A DNA stretch of 64,000 nt from Spirochaetia bacterium. GTDB taxonomy: Bacteria > Spirochaetota > Spirochaetia > CADAEX01. This document shows, piece after piece, positions 1 to 11,006 of this stretch. Made by a program: the position numbers and the translations under genes. The DNA is taken from assembly GCA_963662795.1 (NCBI GenBank), contig OY759746.1, positions 3,072,001 through 3,136,000 of the forward strand, given 5' to 3'. The notes under the pieces were generated by a model, which was given only the letters and a program-made list of their open reading frames with translations, was not told the DNA's origin and searched no databases. Position 1 is the first letter of the stretch; every line of letters begins with the position of its first letter.

Positions 1-408
1 GAGTATCTTCAGATTCCCTATATTGCCGGCAGCGGAGAACTTGCAATCCTCAGTCTTGCGGTAGTCGGCGCATCAGTGGGATTTTTATGGTTTAACTGTC
101 ATCCGGCAGAAATCATGATGGGAGATACAGGCAGTCTTTCTCTTGGCGGTGTAATAGGGGTTATAGCTCTTTTAATCAAGAAAGAGATACTGCTGATAGT
201 TGTTGGAGGAGTTTTCGTACTTGAGGCTCTTTCTGTAATAATACAGGTAATTTCATATAAAAAGAGGAAGAAAAGGGTATTCAGAATGGCCCCTCTTCAT
301 CATCACTATGAACTGGGCGGATGGAACGAGAGCAAGGTAGTTGTGCGGTTCTGGATTCTGGGCGGTCTTTTTGTAATCCTTAGTTTATCTACTTTGAAAA
401 TTCAGTAA
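1..408 (+). CDS. mraY: Phospho-N-acetylmuramoyl-pentapeptide transferase, C-terminal part (5' truncated by the window edge)
   Basis: Frame is open from base 1 ([15 protein letters not shown]...). MraY motifs WFNxxPAxIxMGDTGS and [11 protein letters not shown] are present. Lies upstream of ftsW. Confidence 0.96.
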   Translation, partial: EYLQIPYIAGSGELAILSLAVVGASVGFLWFNCHPAEIMMGDTGSLSLGGVIGVIALLIKKEILLIVVGGVFVLEALSVIIQVISYKKRKKRVFRMAPLHHHYELGGWNESKVVVRFWILGGLFVILSLSTLKIQ

Positions 409-418
409 CGGGAGAAGT

Positions 419-1549
419 ATGACAGGTAATTTTATTGTTGAAAGGGAAAACAGACAATCAAGCGATCCATTCCTGCTGTCTGTAATTGTACTGCTTCTGG
501 GTATTGGGCTGACCTTTCTCTTTTCGGCATCTTATCCGAATGCTTTGAGGCTCAATAAAGCGCCTGAATTCTTTTTATTAAGACAGGCAGTAATGGCTGC
601 CGCTGGATTTGCCGGGGCACTTTTTCTGATGAATATTCCGATAGCAGTACTAAAAAAACTGGTATTTGCAATAGTACTCACTTCTTTGCTTCTTTCTGTC
701 ATTGTTCTTCTGGCAGGCCGGGATATTCAGGGTGCAAGGCGCTGGATTATAATCGGGGGCAGGTCTTTTCAGCCTTCTGAAATTGTGAAACTTGCGCTTA
801 TTCTCTATCTGGCTGATGTTTTCAGTAAAAAAGAAGACAGTCTGGACAGTTTTTATTCACTTTCACATCCTCTTGTCATGGTACTGCTGTTTTCCCTTCT
901 TACATTTGCCCAGAACGATTTTTCCACAGCAGTTTTTCTGATTTTTATCGGCTCGGCACTATTTTTTATTGCAGGAGTTAAATTCCGGTATTTTCTCACC
1001 GGCTTTCTGGCATCTGTTCCATTTCTTATGATCCTTGTATTCAGCAGGGAACACCGGGTAAAAAGACTTATTGCTTTCCTTGATCCGGATAAAGATCCAG
1101 CAGGTGTCGGATATCAGATAATCAAGGCAAGAGAGGCGCTTATAAGCGGCGGTTTCTGGGGAAAGGGAATCGGAAGCGGCCTTAAAAAAATGGGGACACT
1201 TCCTGAAGCCCACTCTGATTTTATTTTTGCTGTAATTGGAGAGGAAGCAGGATTTATTGGAATATTGATAATTATAATTCTCTTTGCAATTTTTGCGGCG
1301 CGCGGCTACATGATTTCATACAGGTGTGCCGACCGTTTTTGTTTTTATACAGGGTTTGGTATTACAACCTCAATTCTCTATCAGGCTCTTATGAATATGG
1401 CTGTTGTCTCCGGAGCTGTACCTGCGACCGGAATACCTCTGCCGTTTTTTTCACATGGAGGGTCTTCGATTATGGTTACTTTACTTATGTGCGGGATTCT
1501 ACTTAATTTATCCCGCAGTACAAAAAATGAAAGGGAATTACCATTATGA
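419..1549 (+). CDS. ftsW: SEDS peptidoglycan polymerase FtsW
   Basis: Motifs GARRWI, FQPSEIVK, LPEAHSDFIF and PATGIPLPFFSHGGSS; about 10 TM segments; dcw context. Confidence 0.95.
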   Translation: MTGNFIVERENRQSSDPFLLSVIVLLLGIGLTFLFSASYPNALRLNKAPEFFLLRQAVMAAAGFAGALFLMNIPIAVLKKLVFAIVLTSLLLSVIVLLAGRDIQGARRWIIIGGRSFQPSEIVKLALILYLADVFSKKEDSLDSFYSLSHPLVMVLLFSLLTFAQNDFSTAVFLIFIGSALFFIAGVKFRYFLTGFLASVPFLMILVFSREHRVKRLIAFLDPDKDPAGVGYQIIKAREALISGGFWGKGIGSGLKKMGTLPEAHSDFIFAVIGEEAGFIGILIIIILFAIFAARGYMISYRCADRFCFYTGFGITTSILYQALMNMAVVSGAVPATGIPLPFFSHGGSSIMVTLLMCGILLNLSRSTKNERELPL

Positions 1550-2373
1550 GCAGTATAGTTTTTTCAACCGGCTTTGTGGATGGAGAGAAAAAGGAATATA
1601 ATTCCGGCCTCCGGAAAAAGCGGCTTTACAATATGCTGCTGGTGCTTTTAGCTGCGCTTGTATTGGTTGAGGTTGCTTTTCAGCTTTATATTGCGCCGGG
1701 GCTTACTATTGATAAAATAGATGTACATTGCTCAGCCACTTTTCCGATCAGTAACAGCGACATTTTGAAACTGGCAGGTCTTGAAGACAGTTTATACTAC
1801 TTTTCAGCCAATACGTCCCAGATCGAAAACACTCTCATGCAGCATCCGCTTATAAGAAGTGTGAAAATTGAAAAACACTTTCCCTCCTCATTATCTATCT
1901 ACATAAACGAGCGGATACCTCTTGCTGTGGCGCTCGTCAATTCGGGAGGCAGAACAATTCCTGTCGCCTTCGATGAGGACGGAGTAATATTCGAAATAGG
2001 AAAATCTGTTTCCAATTATCAACTGCCTGTTGTATCGGGGCTTAAATTTGTCGATCTCAGGCTGGGATTAAGGCTTCCGGAAGAACTTACATCCTATCTT
2101 GCCGAGCTTAAAGTTCTCAGGGAATCAAACCCGCTCCTTTTCGGACAGATTTCAGAGCTTAAATTCATTAACAAACATAAAAATGATTATGAAGTCCTTC
2201 TTTATCCGTCCGACAGCAGCATAAAAGTCCGCACAGGAAGCGGAATTAACGATAGTCTGGTGAAACAAATATTTGTTGTACTTGATATTATAGAAAAAAA
2301 TGGGCTAAAGTCAGAAATGACCGAGCTGGATTTCAGATCCGGTCAGGTTGTATTCAGGATTAAGGAGGGGTGA
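1546..2373 (+). CDS. ftsQ: Cell division protein FtsQ/DivIB (POTRA domain)
   Basis: Single N-terminal TM; POTRA-type PLIRSVKIEKHFPSSLSIYINER; C-terminal ELDFRSG; sits between ftsW and ftsA. Confidence 0.9.
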   Translation: MSSIVFSTGFVDGEKKEYNSGLRKKRLYNMLLVLLAALVLVEVAFQLYIAPGLTIDKIDVHCSATFPISNSDILKLAGLEDSLYYFSANTSQIENTLMQHPLIRSVKIEKHFPSSLSIYINERIPLAVALVNSGGRTIPVAFDEDGVIFEIGKSVSNYQLPVVSGLKFVDLRLGLRLPEELTSYLAELKVLRESNPLLFGQISELKFINKHKNDYEVLLYPSDSSIKVRTGSGINDSLVKQIFVVLDIIEKNGLKSEMTELDFRSGQVVFRIKEG

Positions 2374-2377
2374 TAGG

Positions 2378-3607
2378 TTGCCTTCTGATAATATTATAGT
2401 CGGACTTGACATCGGAACCACAAAAATTTGCGCCGTTATTGGTGAATATAATGAAAACGGCAGACTCGAAATTACCGGAATAGGCAAAGCTCCTTCAACA
2501 GGGCTCAGACAGGGCGTTGTTATAAATATCGAAGCAACTATGAAGGCTGTGTCAGAAGCAATTGAATCCGCGGAGATGATGTCCGGCCGGGAAGTGTATT
2601 CAGTAGTAACAGGAATCGCAGGAGGCCACATAGAAGGCATTAACTCGCGGGGTGTTGTAGCTGTAGCGGGAAAAGGGAGGGAAATAGCTCCTGAAGATGT
2701 TTCAAGAGTTATTGATGCAGCCAAAGCGATTGTAATTCCAATGGACAGGGAAGTGCTTCATGTCATTCCTCAGGAATTTATTGTTGATGATCAGGGCGGG
2801 ATAAGGGACCCTCTCGGGATGATAGGTATAAGACTGGAATCCGAGGTCCATATCATTACCGGTTCTGTAACTTCTGCCCAGAATCTTATCAAATGTGTAA
2901 ACAGGGCCGGTTTCAGGGTAGACAATATAGTGCTCCAATCCCTTGCTTCTTCAAAATCTGTACTGAGAAATGAAGAAAAAGAGATGGGCGTACTGATGAT
3001 TGATCTCGGGGGCGGAACTACTGATGTTATTGTTAATTATGAAGGCGCCCCGTATCATACAGATGTTGTACCTGTGGGAGGCAAGCAGGTAACCAATGAT
3101 CTTTCAATAGTCCTTAAAATACCGTTTGAAATGGCGGAAAAGGTAAAGCTGGATTCGGGATGCTGCTATGCACCTCTGATTGAAGATGATGAGGATGTAA
3201 TAATCCCGGGAGTCGGCGGATGGCCGGCTGCTCCGATTTCACGGAGTAAAATATGTGATATTATCCAGCCGAGAATTGAAGAAACACTGATGATGGTTAA
3301 AAGGCAGCTTGACAAGAAGAATTATATAAAACTGCTTAACAGCGGTGTTGTTCTGACCGGAGGCGGTTCTTTAATGCCCGGCATGACACAGCTTGCAAGC
3401 GAGATATTCGGGATGCCTGCCAGGATAGGATATCCGACAGGCTGCGGCGGTATGGTAGAAGAGTTCAGGAATCCGATGTATGCGACAGCAGTCGGGCTTG
3501 TAATGTTTACCGACGAATTAAGCGGAAATTTTGACAGAAAAGTTGTTCTGTCAAATGAAAACACTATTGTCGGGAGATTTAAAAACTGGTTCAAAGAATT
3601 TTTTTGA
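2378..3607 (+). CDS. ftsA: Cell division protein FtsA
   Basis: Motifs [18 protein letters not shown] and VLTGGGS, plus a C-terminal amphipathic helix (KNWFKEFF). TTG start at 2378 follows GGAGGGG. Confidence 0.97.
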   Translation: MPSDNIIVGLDIGTTKICAVIGEYNENGRLEITGIGKAPSTGLRQGVVINIEATMKAVSEAIESAEMMSGREVYSVVTGIAGGHIEGINSRGVVAVAGKGREIAPEDVSRVIDAAKAIVIPMDREVLHVIPQEFIVDDQGGIRDPLGMIGIRLESEVHIITGSVTSAQNLIKCVNRAGFRVDNIVLQSLASSKSVLRNEEKEMGVLMIDLGGGTTDVIVNYEGAPYHTDVVPVGGKQVTNDLSIVLKIPFEMAEKVKLDSGCCYAPLIEDDEDVIIPGVGGWPAAPISRSKICDIIQPRIEETLMMVKRQLDKKNYIKLLNSGVVLTGGGSLMPGMTQLASEIFGMPARIGYPTGCGGMVEEFRNPMYATAVGLVMFTDELSGNFDRKVVLSNENTIVGRFKNWFKEFF

Positions 3608-3647
3608 TTTAAGGTTAGTTTTTAAGTGTATTTCACTGGGGGGGGGA

Positions 3648-4826
3648 ATGCAAATCACAGTTGTTGAAGAAAGGAATTATACAAATCCTACTGTTATCAA
3701 AGTTGTCGGCGTAGGCGGCGGTGGGAACAATGCTGTAAACCGGATGATTGAAAGCGGTTTGAGCAATGTTGAATTCATAGCAGTAAATACAGATGTTCAG
3801 GATCTGAACAAAAGCAAGGCAAAAAACAAAATACCTATCGGTACAAAACTCACAAACGGTCTGGGGGCCGGAGGTATACCCGAGATAGGCGAAAAAGCTG
3901 CTGTTGAGGATAAGGAGACAATCAAGAATGTCCTTAAAGGGGCAGATATGGTTTTTATAACTGCCGGAATGGGCGGCGGAACAGGAACCGGCGCCGCACC
4001 TGTAATTGCTTCGATTGCAAAAGAGCTGTCCATACTCACTGTTGCTGTTGTGACAAAGCCTTTTGCTCTTGAGGGGGAGAAAAAGAAAAAACTTGCTGAA
4101 AACGGAATAAAAAATCTCAGGCAGACGGTAGATACCCTTATTACAATCCCGAATGAAAATCTGATGAATATTATTGACAGAAGAACTCCGTTCAAACAGG
4201 CCCTCTTGATTGCTGATGATGTGCTGAGACAGGGTGTTCAGGGTATATCAGACCTTATAACGCGGGAAGGGGACATCAATATCGATTTTGCGGATGTAAA
4301 AACAATAATGAGCGGCAAGGGAGATGCACTCATGGGTATCGGCTCAGGGCGCGGCGAAAACAGGGCAATAGATGCTGCTACAAACGCGATCAACAACCCC
4401 CTGCTGCAGGATGAAAGTATAGAAGGGGCTAAGGGCATCCTTGTGAATGTTACAGGAGGCCCTGATTTCTCACTTTCGGAATTCCATGAAATAATGCAGA
4501 TCATCACTTCAACGGCAGACCGGGATGTACTTACAATAACAGGTACTGTAAATGACGAATCACTTAAGGATGAGATAAGGGTAACTGTTATTGCAACAGG
4601 TTTTAATCCCCATGAAAGCAGAAAAGAGGATGAGAAACCGGCTGCCGCAGTCAAAAGCGAATTCCTCAGCAATAATGAATGGAGCCAGCTGCGCAAAGGT
4701 ATTTTCGGCAGACGGGATGATTTATATCTTACAGGAAGAAATTCCAGCGAATCTGATCTTGATATTCCGACATTTTACCGCGACAGGGAAAGTGAATATG
4801 CCGGAAAAGGAGACAAGATAAAGTGA
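3648..4826 (+). CDS. ftsZ: Cell division GTPase FtsZ
   Basis: Motifs [21 protein letters not shown] and NIDFADV, plus C-terminal LDIPTF. ATG at 3648 follows a G9 tract; the ORF-track start at 3531 is an over-extension. Confidence 0.98.
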   Translation: MQITVVEERNYTNPTVIKVVGVGGGGNNAVNRMIESGLSNVEFIAVNTDVQDLNKSKAKNKIPIGTKLTNGLGAGGIPEIGEKAAVEDKETIKNVLKGADMVFITAGMGGGTGTGAAPVIASIAKELSILTVAVVTKPFALEGEKKKKLAENGIKNLRQTVDTLITIPNENLMNIIDRRTPFKQALLIADDVLRQGVQGISDLITREGDINIDFADVKTIMSGKGDALMGIGSGRGENRAIDAATNAINNPLLQDESIEGAKGILVNVTGGPDFSLSEFHEIMQIITSTADRDVLTITGTVNDESLKDEIRVTVIATGFNPHESRKEDEKPAAAVKSEFLSNNEWSQLRKGIFGRRDDLYLTGRNSSESDLDIPTFYRDRESEYAGKGDKIK

Positions 4827-5743
4827 CTGATCTCCTGCACGGCGATATTCTTAAAAAATATGAGCAATACCTCAAGGCTGAATTGAATCTTTCGGATTCA
4901 ACTTCGTTAATTTATACTTCCGAGGCCGCTCTCTTTATAGAATATCTTGCAGGAACAGGTAAAACACTCCTGAATGCAGAAACGGCTGATATTGAAAATT
5001 ATCTTGTTGAAAGAAAGGAAGGAAAAATAAAATTTCATGAAAATCTTGTAGCTTCGACAGTCAGCAAGCTTGTAAGCAGTATAAGATCTTTATTCAGATT
5101 TCTGCTGCTGGAAGATTTAAGGAATGATAATCCTTCAAGGTATGTAGCGTCCCCCAGAAAAGAAAAAAAGCTCCCCGATTTTCTTTCCGTGGACGACATA
5201 GATACTTTATTAAACAGTATTGATATTAAAACACCTGCAGGAATGAGGGACAGGGCGATTTTTGAACTTATTTATTCATGCGGACTTAGAATATCTGAAG
5301 CCTGTTCACTAAAATGCGGTAATATAATGCATAGCGACAGTGTAATAAAGGTTCTTGGAAAAGGGAACAAGCACCGCATTGTCCCCCTTGGAGAAACTGC
5401 TGAAGTCTGGCTTGCAAGGTATATGGCAGAATCAAGACCCCTTCTTTTGAAAAAGATAAAAACCGACTTTGTTTTTTTAAACAACAGGGGTAAAGGGATA
5501 GGAAGAAAAGGGGTGTGGAAACGATTTAATGAACTTGCTTCCCTCTGCGGAATTGAAAGCCGGGTGCATACACTTCGTCATTCATTCGCTACACACCTTT
5601 TAACCGGAGGAGCGGACCTGCGGTCAGTCCAGGAACTGCTGGGCCACAGTGATATTTCAACTACGCAGGTTTACACCCATTTGACAAGGGATGACCTCAA
5701 AGGCTATCACAGACAGTACCATCCTGAAGGAGAGAGAGTATGA
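4823..5743 (+). CDS. xerD: Tyrosine recombinase, XerD-like
   Basis: Intact catalytic set: [37 protein letters not shown] start overlaps the ftsZ stop. XerC vs XerD is assigned by resemblance only. Confidence 0.8.
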   Translation: MTDLLHGDILKKYEQYLKAELNLSDSTSLIYTSEAALFIEYLAGTGKTLLNAETADIENYLVERKEGKIKFHENLVASTVSKLVSSIRSLFRFLLLEDLRNDNPSRYVASPRKEKKLPDFLSVDDIDTLLNSIDIKTPAGMRDRAIFELIYSCGLRISEACSLKCGNIMHSDSVIKVLGKGNKHRIVPLGETAEVWLARYMAESRPLLLKKIKTDFVFLNNRGKGIGRKGVWKRFNELASLCGIESRVHTLRHSFATHLLTGGADLRSVQELLGHSDISTTQVYTHLTRDDLKGYHRQYHPEGERV

Positions 5744-6453
5744 AAAAATATATACTTATTTTTCTTGTTATTCTCTCGTCAGGATGCAGTAAAGAAGAAA
5801 AAAATCTCTATGAAAATATAAATGGAATGGATGCTCCATATCTTTCTTCCGGGGAACTTAAAATCCGTGAAAAAGAATTGAAAGAAACAATCAGGGAATA
5901 TAAAGATACTCTTGAGCAGAAAGTTGATGCGGCCAGGAACCTCGGCACATATCACAAAACACTTGGCAAGCTTTATCTTGATAACAGAATGTATCTTCTT
6001 GCCATCGAACAGTTTACTGAAGCAATAAAGATCGACAATGAGAATCCTGTACTGTTTTACTATTCTGCCCTTGCGCATGCAAAATATGCCAAATCAGTGA
6101 TGAGTGAATCGGAAAAGTTTTCATATCTGAAAGAGTCGGAGAAACTGTATCTCCGGACAATTGAACTGAATAATAACTTTCATAAAGCATTATACGCATT
6201 ATCTGTGTTATATGTTTTTGAGCTTGATCAGCCGGATAAAGCTGTGGATTATCTTGAGAGGCTGCTTGAGACACAGAAATCCGACTATGAAGCGATGTTT
6301 CTTCTTGCCAATGCATATATAAGGTTAGGGCTCACTGATATGGCGGCAGAGTTATATGACAATATCATAAAGAATTCAAAAAACAGCACATACAGGGATC
6401 AGGCTGAAAACAATAAAAGACAGCTGATGGATGGTGGTTATGGCGGGTTATAA
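5740..6453 (+). CDS. TPR-repeat lipoprotein, function unknown
   Basis: Signal peptide with lipobox ([16 protein letters not shown]). Several TPR-like repeats (LGKLY...AIEQFTEAIKID; ALYALSVLY...AVDYLERLL). Confidence 0.8.
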   Translation: MKKYILIFLVILSSGCSKEEKNLYENINGMDAPYLSSGELKIREKELKETIREYKDTLEQKVDAARNLGTYHKTLGKLYLDNRMYLLAIEQFTEAIKIDNENPVLFYYSALAHAKYAKSVMSESEKFSYLKESEKLYLRTIELNNNFHKALYALSVLYVFELDQPDKAVDYLERLLETQKSDYEAMFLLANAYIRLGLTDMAAELYDNIIKNSKNSTYRDQAENNKRQLMDGGYGGL

Positions 6454-7435
6454 TCTTGTTCCACTTTTTGTTTCAAACCTTAAAGGGTTTAACAGAAATG
6501 AAAAAATCAAACACCTCGAATGGATTGCTGAATCTACTGACCTCAGTGCGGCAGGCGAGTCTGATCTTTTCAAAATAGCTTCATCATTTTTTGCGTTTTC
6601 CAGGCTGGAAACAGAAAAAAGGGTCGATGAAACTCTGATGATTGCCGGAATGTGTGAAAAACAGGACATTGATCTAATTTCAATATATGACGCATCTTAT
6701 CCGTCTCTTTTAAAGGAAATATACGATCCCCCGATTATTATCTATGCAAAGGGGCCCCTGCCTGATCCTGACAGTTTCAATATTTCTGTAGTGGGGACAC
6801 GGCATGCCACAGGGCGGGCTTTAAGGGCGTCATTTGAAACAGGTTTTTATCTTTCGTCATCCGGAATCAATGTAGTATCCGGGCTTGCAATGGGTATTGA
6901 TGCGGAATCTCACAAGGGAAGCATAAAATCAGGCGGAAGGACGACTGCTGTTCTCGGATGCGGAGTTGACAAGGTTTATCCCGTCTGCAACAAAAGAGTG
7001 GCACAGGGAATAATTCAGCATGGCGGCTGCATTTTAAGCGAATACCCGCCTGGAACCGAACCTCTGAAATACCATTTTCCCGAGCGAAACAGGATCATAA
7101 GCGGCCTGTCTGCCGGAACTGTAATTATTGAAGCTCCTTTAAAATCCGGAGCCCTTATTACGGCAGATTATGCGCTTGAACACAACCGTGACATATTTAT
7201 CCACAGCGCGGGGCTTTTTTCACAGCGCGGCAGGGGCGGAGGACTCCTTGCTGAGGACGGCGCCGCTGTTTTTGATCAGCCTTCTTTTATTACTGATTAT
7301 TACGGAATTGAATCGGAACCGGATTATAAAACCGAGAACTATTATTTTGGCAGTCCCGGGACTGTAGAAGATGAAATAAATGATCTGATCGTAAATTACA
7401 AGGGAGTCTTGTACAGGAGAACAATTAATGCCTAA
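6431..7435 (+). CDS. dprA: DNA-processing protein DprA/Smf
   Basis: Motifs YPSLLKEIYDPP, VVGTR, VVSGLAMGID, FPERNRIISG and KSGALITA. Start may be ATG 6440. Lies upstream of topA. Confidence 0.93.
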   Translation: MVVMAGYNLVPLFVSNLKGFNRNEKIKHLEWIAESTDLSAAGESDLFKIASSFFAFSRLETEKRVDETLMIAGMCEKQDIDLISIYDASYPSLLKEIYDPPIIIYAKGPLPDPDSFNISVVGTRHATGRALRASFETGFYLSSSGINVVSGLAMGIDAESHKGSIKSGGRTTAVLGCGVDKVYPVCNKRVAQGIIQHGGCILSEYPPGTEPLKYHFPERNRIISGLSAGTVIIEAPLKSGALITADYALEHNRDIFIHSAGLFSQRGRGGGLLAEDGAAVFDQPSFITDYYGIESEPDYKTENYYFGSPGTVEDEINDLIVNYKGVLYRRTINA

Positions 7436-9539
7436 AACAGCAGCGGAACAGAATAAAAAAAATACAACACTTCTGATAGTGGAATCACCCGCAAAAGCAA
7501 AAACTATCGAACGTTATCTTGGAAAAGGCTACTCTGTGGCTGCTTCTATCGGCCATCTGATCGATCTGCCGAAATCGAGAATGGCCATTGATATTGATAA
7601 GGACTTTGAGCCGGAATATATTACAGTAAGGGGAAAAGCAAAAATACTTAAAGAGCTTTCCCAGAAAGCGTCGAAAGTAGATCACATACTGCTTGCATCG
7701 GATAACGACAGGGAAGGGGAGGCAATCTCCTTCCATCTTAAATCATTTCTTGAGAAAAAGAATACAAAGGCAAAGATTGAGAGAATAATTTTTAACGAAA
7801 TTACACCCGCTGCAATCAGGGAGGCTATCCTGAAGCCTCTGGAAATTGATTCCGGAAAAGTCAATGCCCAGAAAGCACGAAGGGTTCTTGACAGAATAGT
7901 CGGGTACCGGCTTTCTCCGCTCCTTTGGAAAAAGGTTAAGAACGGCCTTTCTGCCGGAAGGGTGCAGTCTGTCGCTTTGAGGCTTATATGCGAAAGGGAG
8001 AAAGAGGTTGAAGACTTTACCCCTGAGGAATACTGGACTCTTGAAGCTGAACTCAAAAAAGACAAGCACCATTTTACAGCTCAGCTGGTACAGTTTGCCG
8101 GCGCAAAACCTGTTTTATCTGACAGCAAGTCTGTAGAACTGCTCAAGGAAAAACTTTCCGGCAAAGATTTTATTGTCCGTGAAATAAAGAAAACAGAGAA
8201 GAAAAGCCAGCCCAGAGCGCCCTATACAACCTCAAAACTGCAGCAGGATTCTGCCAACAGACTCGGGTTTACATCAAGGAAAACCATGCAGATTGCCCAG
8301 CAGCTTTATGAGGGGATAAATATAGGGTCAGGCCGTGTCGGTCTTATAACATACATGAGAACAGACTCAACCCGTATTTCAATTCAGGCATTGACAGAGG
8401 CCAGACAGTTTATAGGCGAAAATTATCCTGATGATCTTCCTGAAAATCCCATAAACTATTCTCCCGCTAAAAGGTCTCAGGATGCCCATGAAGCGATAAG
8501 ACCTACATATTCTTCATATACGCCGGATTATGTAAAAGAATATCTTACAAAAGATCAGCTCAGACTCTATACCCTGATATGGGAACGGTTTATTTCTTCA
8601 CAGATGAAGAATTCAGTTTCAGAAACCACAACCGCGGACATTGAATGCGGAGACGCACTTTTCCGCGCAAGCATGACCAGGGTAAAGGAAAAAGGATATC
8701 AGAAGGTATTGAAAATCCTTGCGAACAAGGAAAAATCTGAAAAAATACCTGAACTTAAGCATGGCGATTTTCTTGTTCTCTCTGAATACAAATCGGAGCA
8801 GCATTTTACCCAGGGGCCATCGCGGTTTACAGACGCGAGTATTGTAAAAATGCTTGAAGAAAAGGAAATTGGAAGACCTTCAACCTATGCTCCCATAATT
8901 TCCCTTCTCCTTGACCGCCATTATGTATCAAGGAAAAACCGGCAGCTTGTTCCGACACAGCTTGGAAAAATTATTTATGAATTACTTGTCAATTCGTTTA
9001 ACGATATTCTTGATGTCAATTTTACGGCTGAAATGGAAAGAAAGCTTGATGATGTTGAAATAAACAATGAAAATTGGGTCGGCATGATACGGAATTTTTA
9101 TAAACCATTCAACGAAAAAGTTGATCATGTAATGGAAACCCTTGAATCGATCAAGGGAGCTCTTGATGAAAAAACCGATTATGTCTGTGAAAATTGCGGA
9201 AAACCTATGGTGAAAAAACTTGGTCGCTTCGGGTATTTCCTTGCCTGCTCAGGTTTTCCTGAATGTAAAAATACAAAATCAGTACCTCTTGCAGAGTGCC
9301 CGAGGCCGGGATGTGATGGAATGATAGTGGCAAGAAAAAAACAGGGCGGGAAAAGCAAGGAATTCTACGGCTGTACAAATTATCCTGAATGCGATTTTAT
9401 CAGCCACAGCAAGCCGACATCCAAGAAATGCCCTGTATGCGGATATTTTATGGTTGAAAAATACGATAAGGCAAGGGGAACATATTATTCCTGCAGCAAT
9501 CACGAGTGCAAAAATTCAATGGAAGCGGAGGAAGAGTGA
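7428..9539 (+). CDS. topA: DNA topoisomerase I
   Basis: Motifs IVESPAKAK, DNDREGEAI, SAGRVQS and LITYMRTDS (catalytic Tyr). Three C-terminal Cys4 Zn ribbons. Confidence 0.98.
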   Translation: MPKTAAEQNKKNTTLLIVESPAKAKTIERYLGKGYSVAASIGHLIDLPKSRMAIDIDKDFEPEYITVRGKAKILKELSQKASKVDHILLASDNDREGEAISFHLKSFLEKKNTKAKIERIIFNEITPAAIREAILKPLEIDSGKVNAQKARRVLDRIVGYRLSPLLWKKVKNGLSAGRVQSVALRLICEREKEVEDFTPEEYWTLEAELKKDKHHFTAQLVQFAGAKPVLSDSKSVELLKEKLSGKDFIVREIKKTEKKSQPRAPYTTSKLQQDSANRLGFTSRKTMQIAQQLYEGINIGSGRVGLITYMRTDSTRISIQALTEARQFIGENYPDDLPENPINYSPAKRSQDAHEAIRPTYSSYTPDYVKEYLTKDQLRLYTLIWERFISSQMKNSVSETTTADIECGDALFRASMTRVKEKGYQKVLKILANKEKSEKIPELKHGDFLVLSEYKSEQHFTQGPSRFTDASIVKMLEEKEIGRPSTYAPIISLLLDRHYVSRKNRQLVPTQLGKIIYELLVNSFNDILDVNFTAEMERKLDDVEINNENWVGMIRNFYKPFNEKVDHVMETLESIKGALDEKTDYVCENCGKPMVKKLGRFGYFLACSGFPECKNTKSVPLAECPRPGCDGMIVARKKQGGKSKEFYGCTNYPECDFISHSKPTSKKCPVCGYFMVEKYDKARGTYYSCSNHECKNSMEAEEE

Positions 9540-10459
9540 TTAAAAGATTTTTAGGTTACCTTAAAAGTTTAAAAAATCTTTCTCCGGCAACACTCAAGGC
9601 CTATGAAAACGACCTTCATCAGTTCGAAGAATACATGAAAGGGGAAGGGCTTGATATAGCACTCCCCGAAAAGAACACAGGGCGCTCCTATATTGCCTTT
9701 TTAAGGGACTCAGGGTTAAAGCCTGTGTCAATCAACAGAAAAATAACTTCCGCAAGGGTTTTTTACGATTTTGCCGTTCAAAACAGCCTTTCTCCGGTAA
9801 ATCCCTTTGAAAGGGTCCGGAGCATGAAAAAGGAAACTATTCTGCCTGAATATCTTCAGTATTCTGAAATCAATCAGATGCACTCAAGCGCGGAAAACAT
9901 GAAATCGGATGATTTTACGAAAAAGAGGAATATAGCTCTTCTTGATTTCCTCTATTCTACAGGATGCCGGGTTTCGGAAGCAGCCGGACTTGATACGGAA
10001 AAGGTTGATCTTGCCATGAGCAGCGCAAGGGTAAGGGGAAAGGGAAGCAAGGAGAGGATAGTATATCTCGGAGGAAAATCACTTGCCTCAATGAAGGATT
10101 ATCTTGCAGGGCTTGATTATTTTGAGGATTTTAAAAAGCTCAAACTGAAAAAAAATCTCCCTGTTTTTTTAAACAGGTCGGGAAAAAGAATTACAGAGAG
10201 AGGGATATTCTACCTGCTGGATAAAATAGCTGACAACGGATTTATTCAGAAAAAGATTTCGCCCCATGTCTACAGGCACTCGTTTGCGACGCATATGATA
10301 ACGGAAGGGGCGGATATAAGATACGTGCAGGAGATGCTTGGCCATGAAAGCCTTTCAACTACACAGGTTTATACTCATGTGGGGATAGGGCGGCTTAAAA
10401 ATGTCTATAGAGAAGCTCATCCGCACGGGAAACGGGATAATAAGAATGAAGGAAAATGA
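9536..10459 (+). CDS. xerC: Tyrosine recombinase, XerC-like
   Basis: Motifs [28 protein letters not shown] and TTQVY; C-terminal YREAHPH. topA-xerC-hslVU order. GTG at 9536 overlaps the topA stop. Confidence 0.82.
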   Translation: MIKRFLGYLKSLKNLSPATLKAYENDLHQFEEYMKGEGLDIALPEKNTGRSYIAFLRDSGLKPVSINRKITSARVFYDFAVQNSLSPVNPFERVRSMKKETILPEYLQYSEINQMHSSAENMKSDDFTKKRNIALLDFLYSTGCRVSEAAGLDTEKVDLAMSSARVRGKGSKERIVYLGGKSLASMKDYLAGLDYFEDFKKLKLKKNLPVFLNRSGKRITERGIFYLLDKIADNGFIQKKISPHVYRHSFATHMITEGADIRYVQEMLGHESLSTTQVYTHVGIGRLKNVYREAHPHGKRDNKNEGK

Positions 10460-10475
10460 AGGAGTTTTTTATAAT

Positions 10476-11006
10476 ATGGAATTCAGGGGAACGACAGTAC
10501 TTGCTGTAAAAAAGAATGAAAATGTTGCAATGGCAGCCGACGGCCAGGTAACTCTTGGAAACACAGTAATGAAGGGCAATGCCAAAAAAGTCAGAAAAAT
10601 TTATGACGGCAAAATTATTGTCGGCTTTGCAGGAGCTACTGCGGACGCGTTTACCCTTTTTGAGCGGTTTGAAACGAGGGTTAAGGAATATAACGGCGAC
10701 ATTACAAGGGCGGCGGTTGAACTTGCGAAAGACTGGAGAATGGACAGGGCTTTACGCCGACTAGAAGCCATGCTGCTTGTTGCGGACAAAAACAAGATAC
10801 TTTTAATATCCGGCACAGGAGATGTAATAGAGCCTGAAGAAGGGGTAATCGGGATAGGTTCAGGCGGCAGTTTCGCGTATTCAGCCGCGCTGGCATATAT
10901 GGATTCAGCGGACCTGCCTGCAGGAGAAATAGCGCTTAAATCCCTTAAAATTGCATCAAAAATATGTATTTACACGAATGATAATTTTGTAATGGAGGAA
11001 ATATAA
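10476..11006 (+). CDS. hslV: ATP-dependent protease peptidase subunit HslV
   Basis: Short propeptide MEFRG, then catalytic [19 protein letters not shown] and GSGG. Start taken at ATG 10476, downstream of GAAGGAG. Confidence 0.97.
   Translation: MEFRGTTVLAVKKNENVAMAADGQVTLGNTVMKGNAKKVRKIYDGKIIVGFAGATADAFTLFERFETRVKEYNGDITRAAVELAKDWRMDRALRRLEAMLLVADKNKILLISGTGDVIEPEEGVIGIGSGGSFAYSAALAYMDSADLPAGEIALKSLKIASKICIYTNDNFVMEEI

Noticed and set aside
3531-3647. N-terminal extensions in the ORF track (ftsZ 3531, ftsA 2348, xerC 9506, hslV 10401, murE 43724, MBL 46844, EamA 57743, OMP 57678)
   Set aside because: These are longest-ORF artefacts; downstream starts fit the SD/promoter positions and the family N-termini better.
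4823-10459. Two tyrosine recombinases as a prophage, ICE or invertible element
   Set aside because: They flank housekeeping dprA/topA, overlap core genes and look like XerC/XerD. I saw no att repeats, phage genes or transfer genes.
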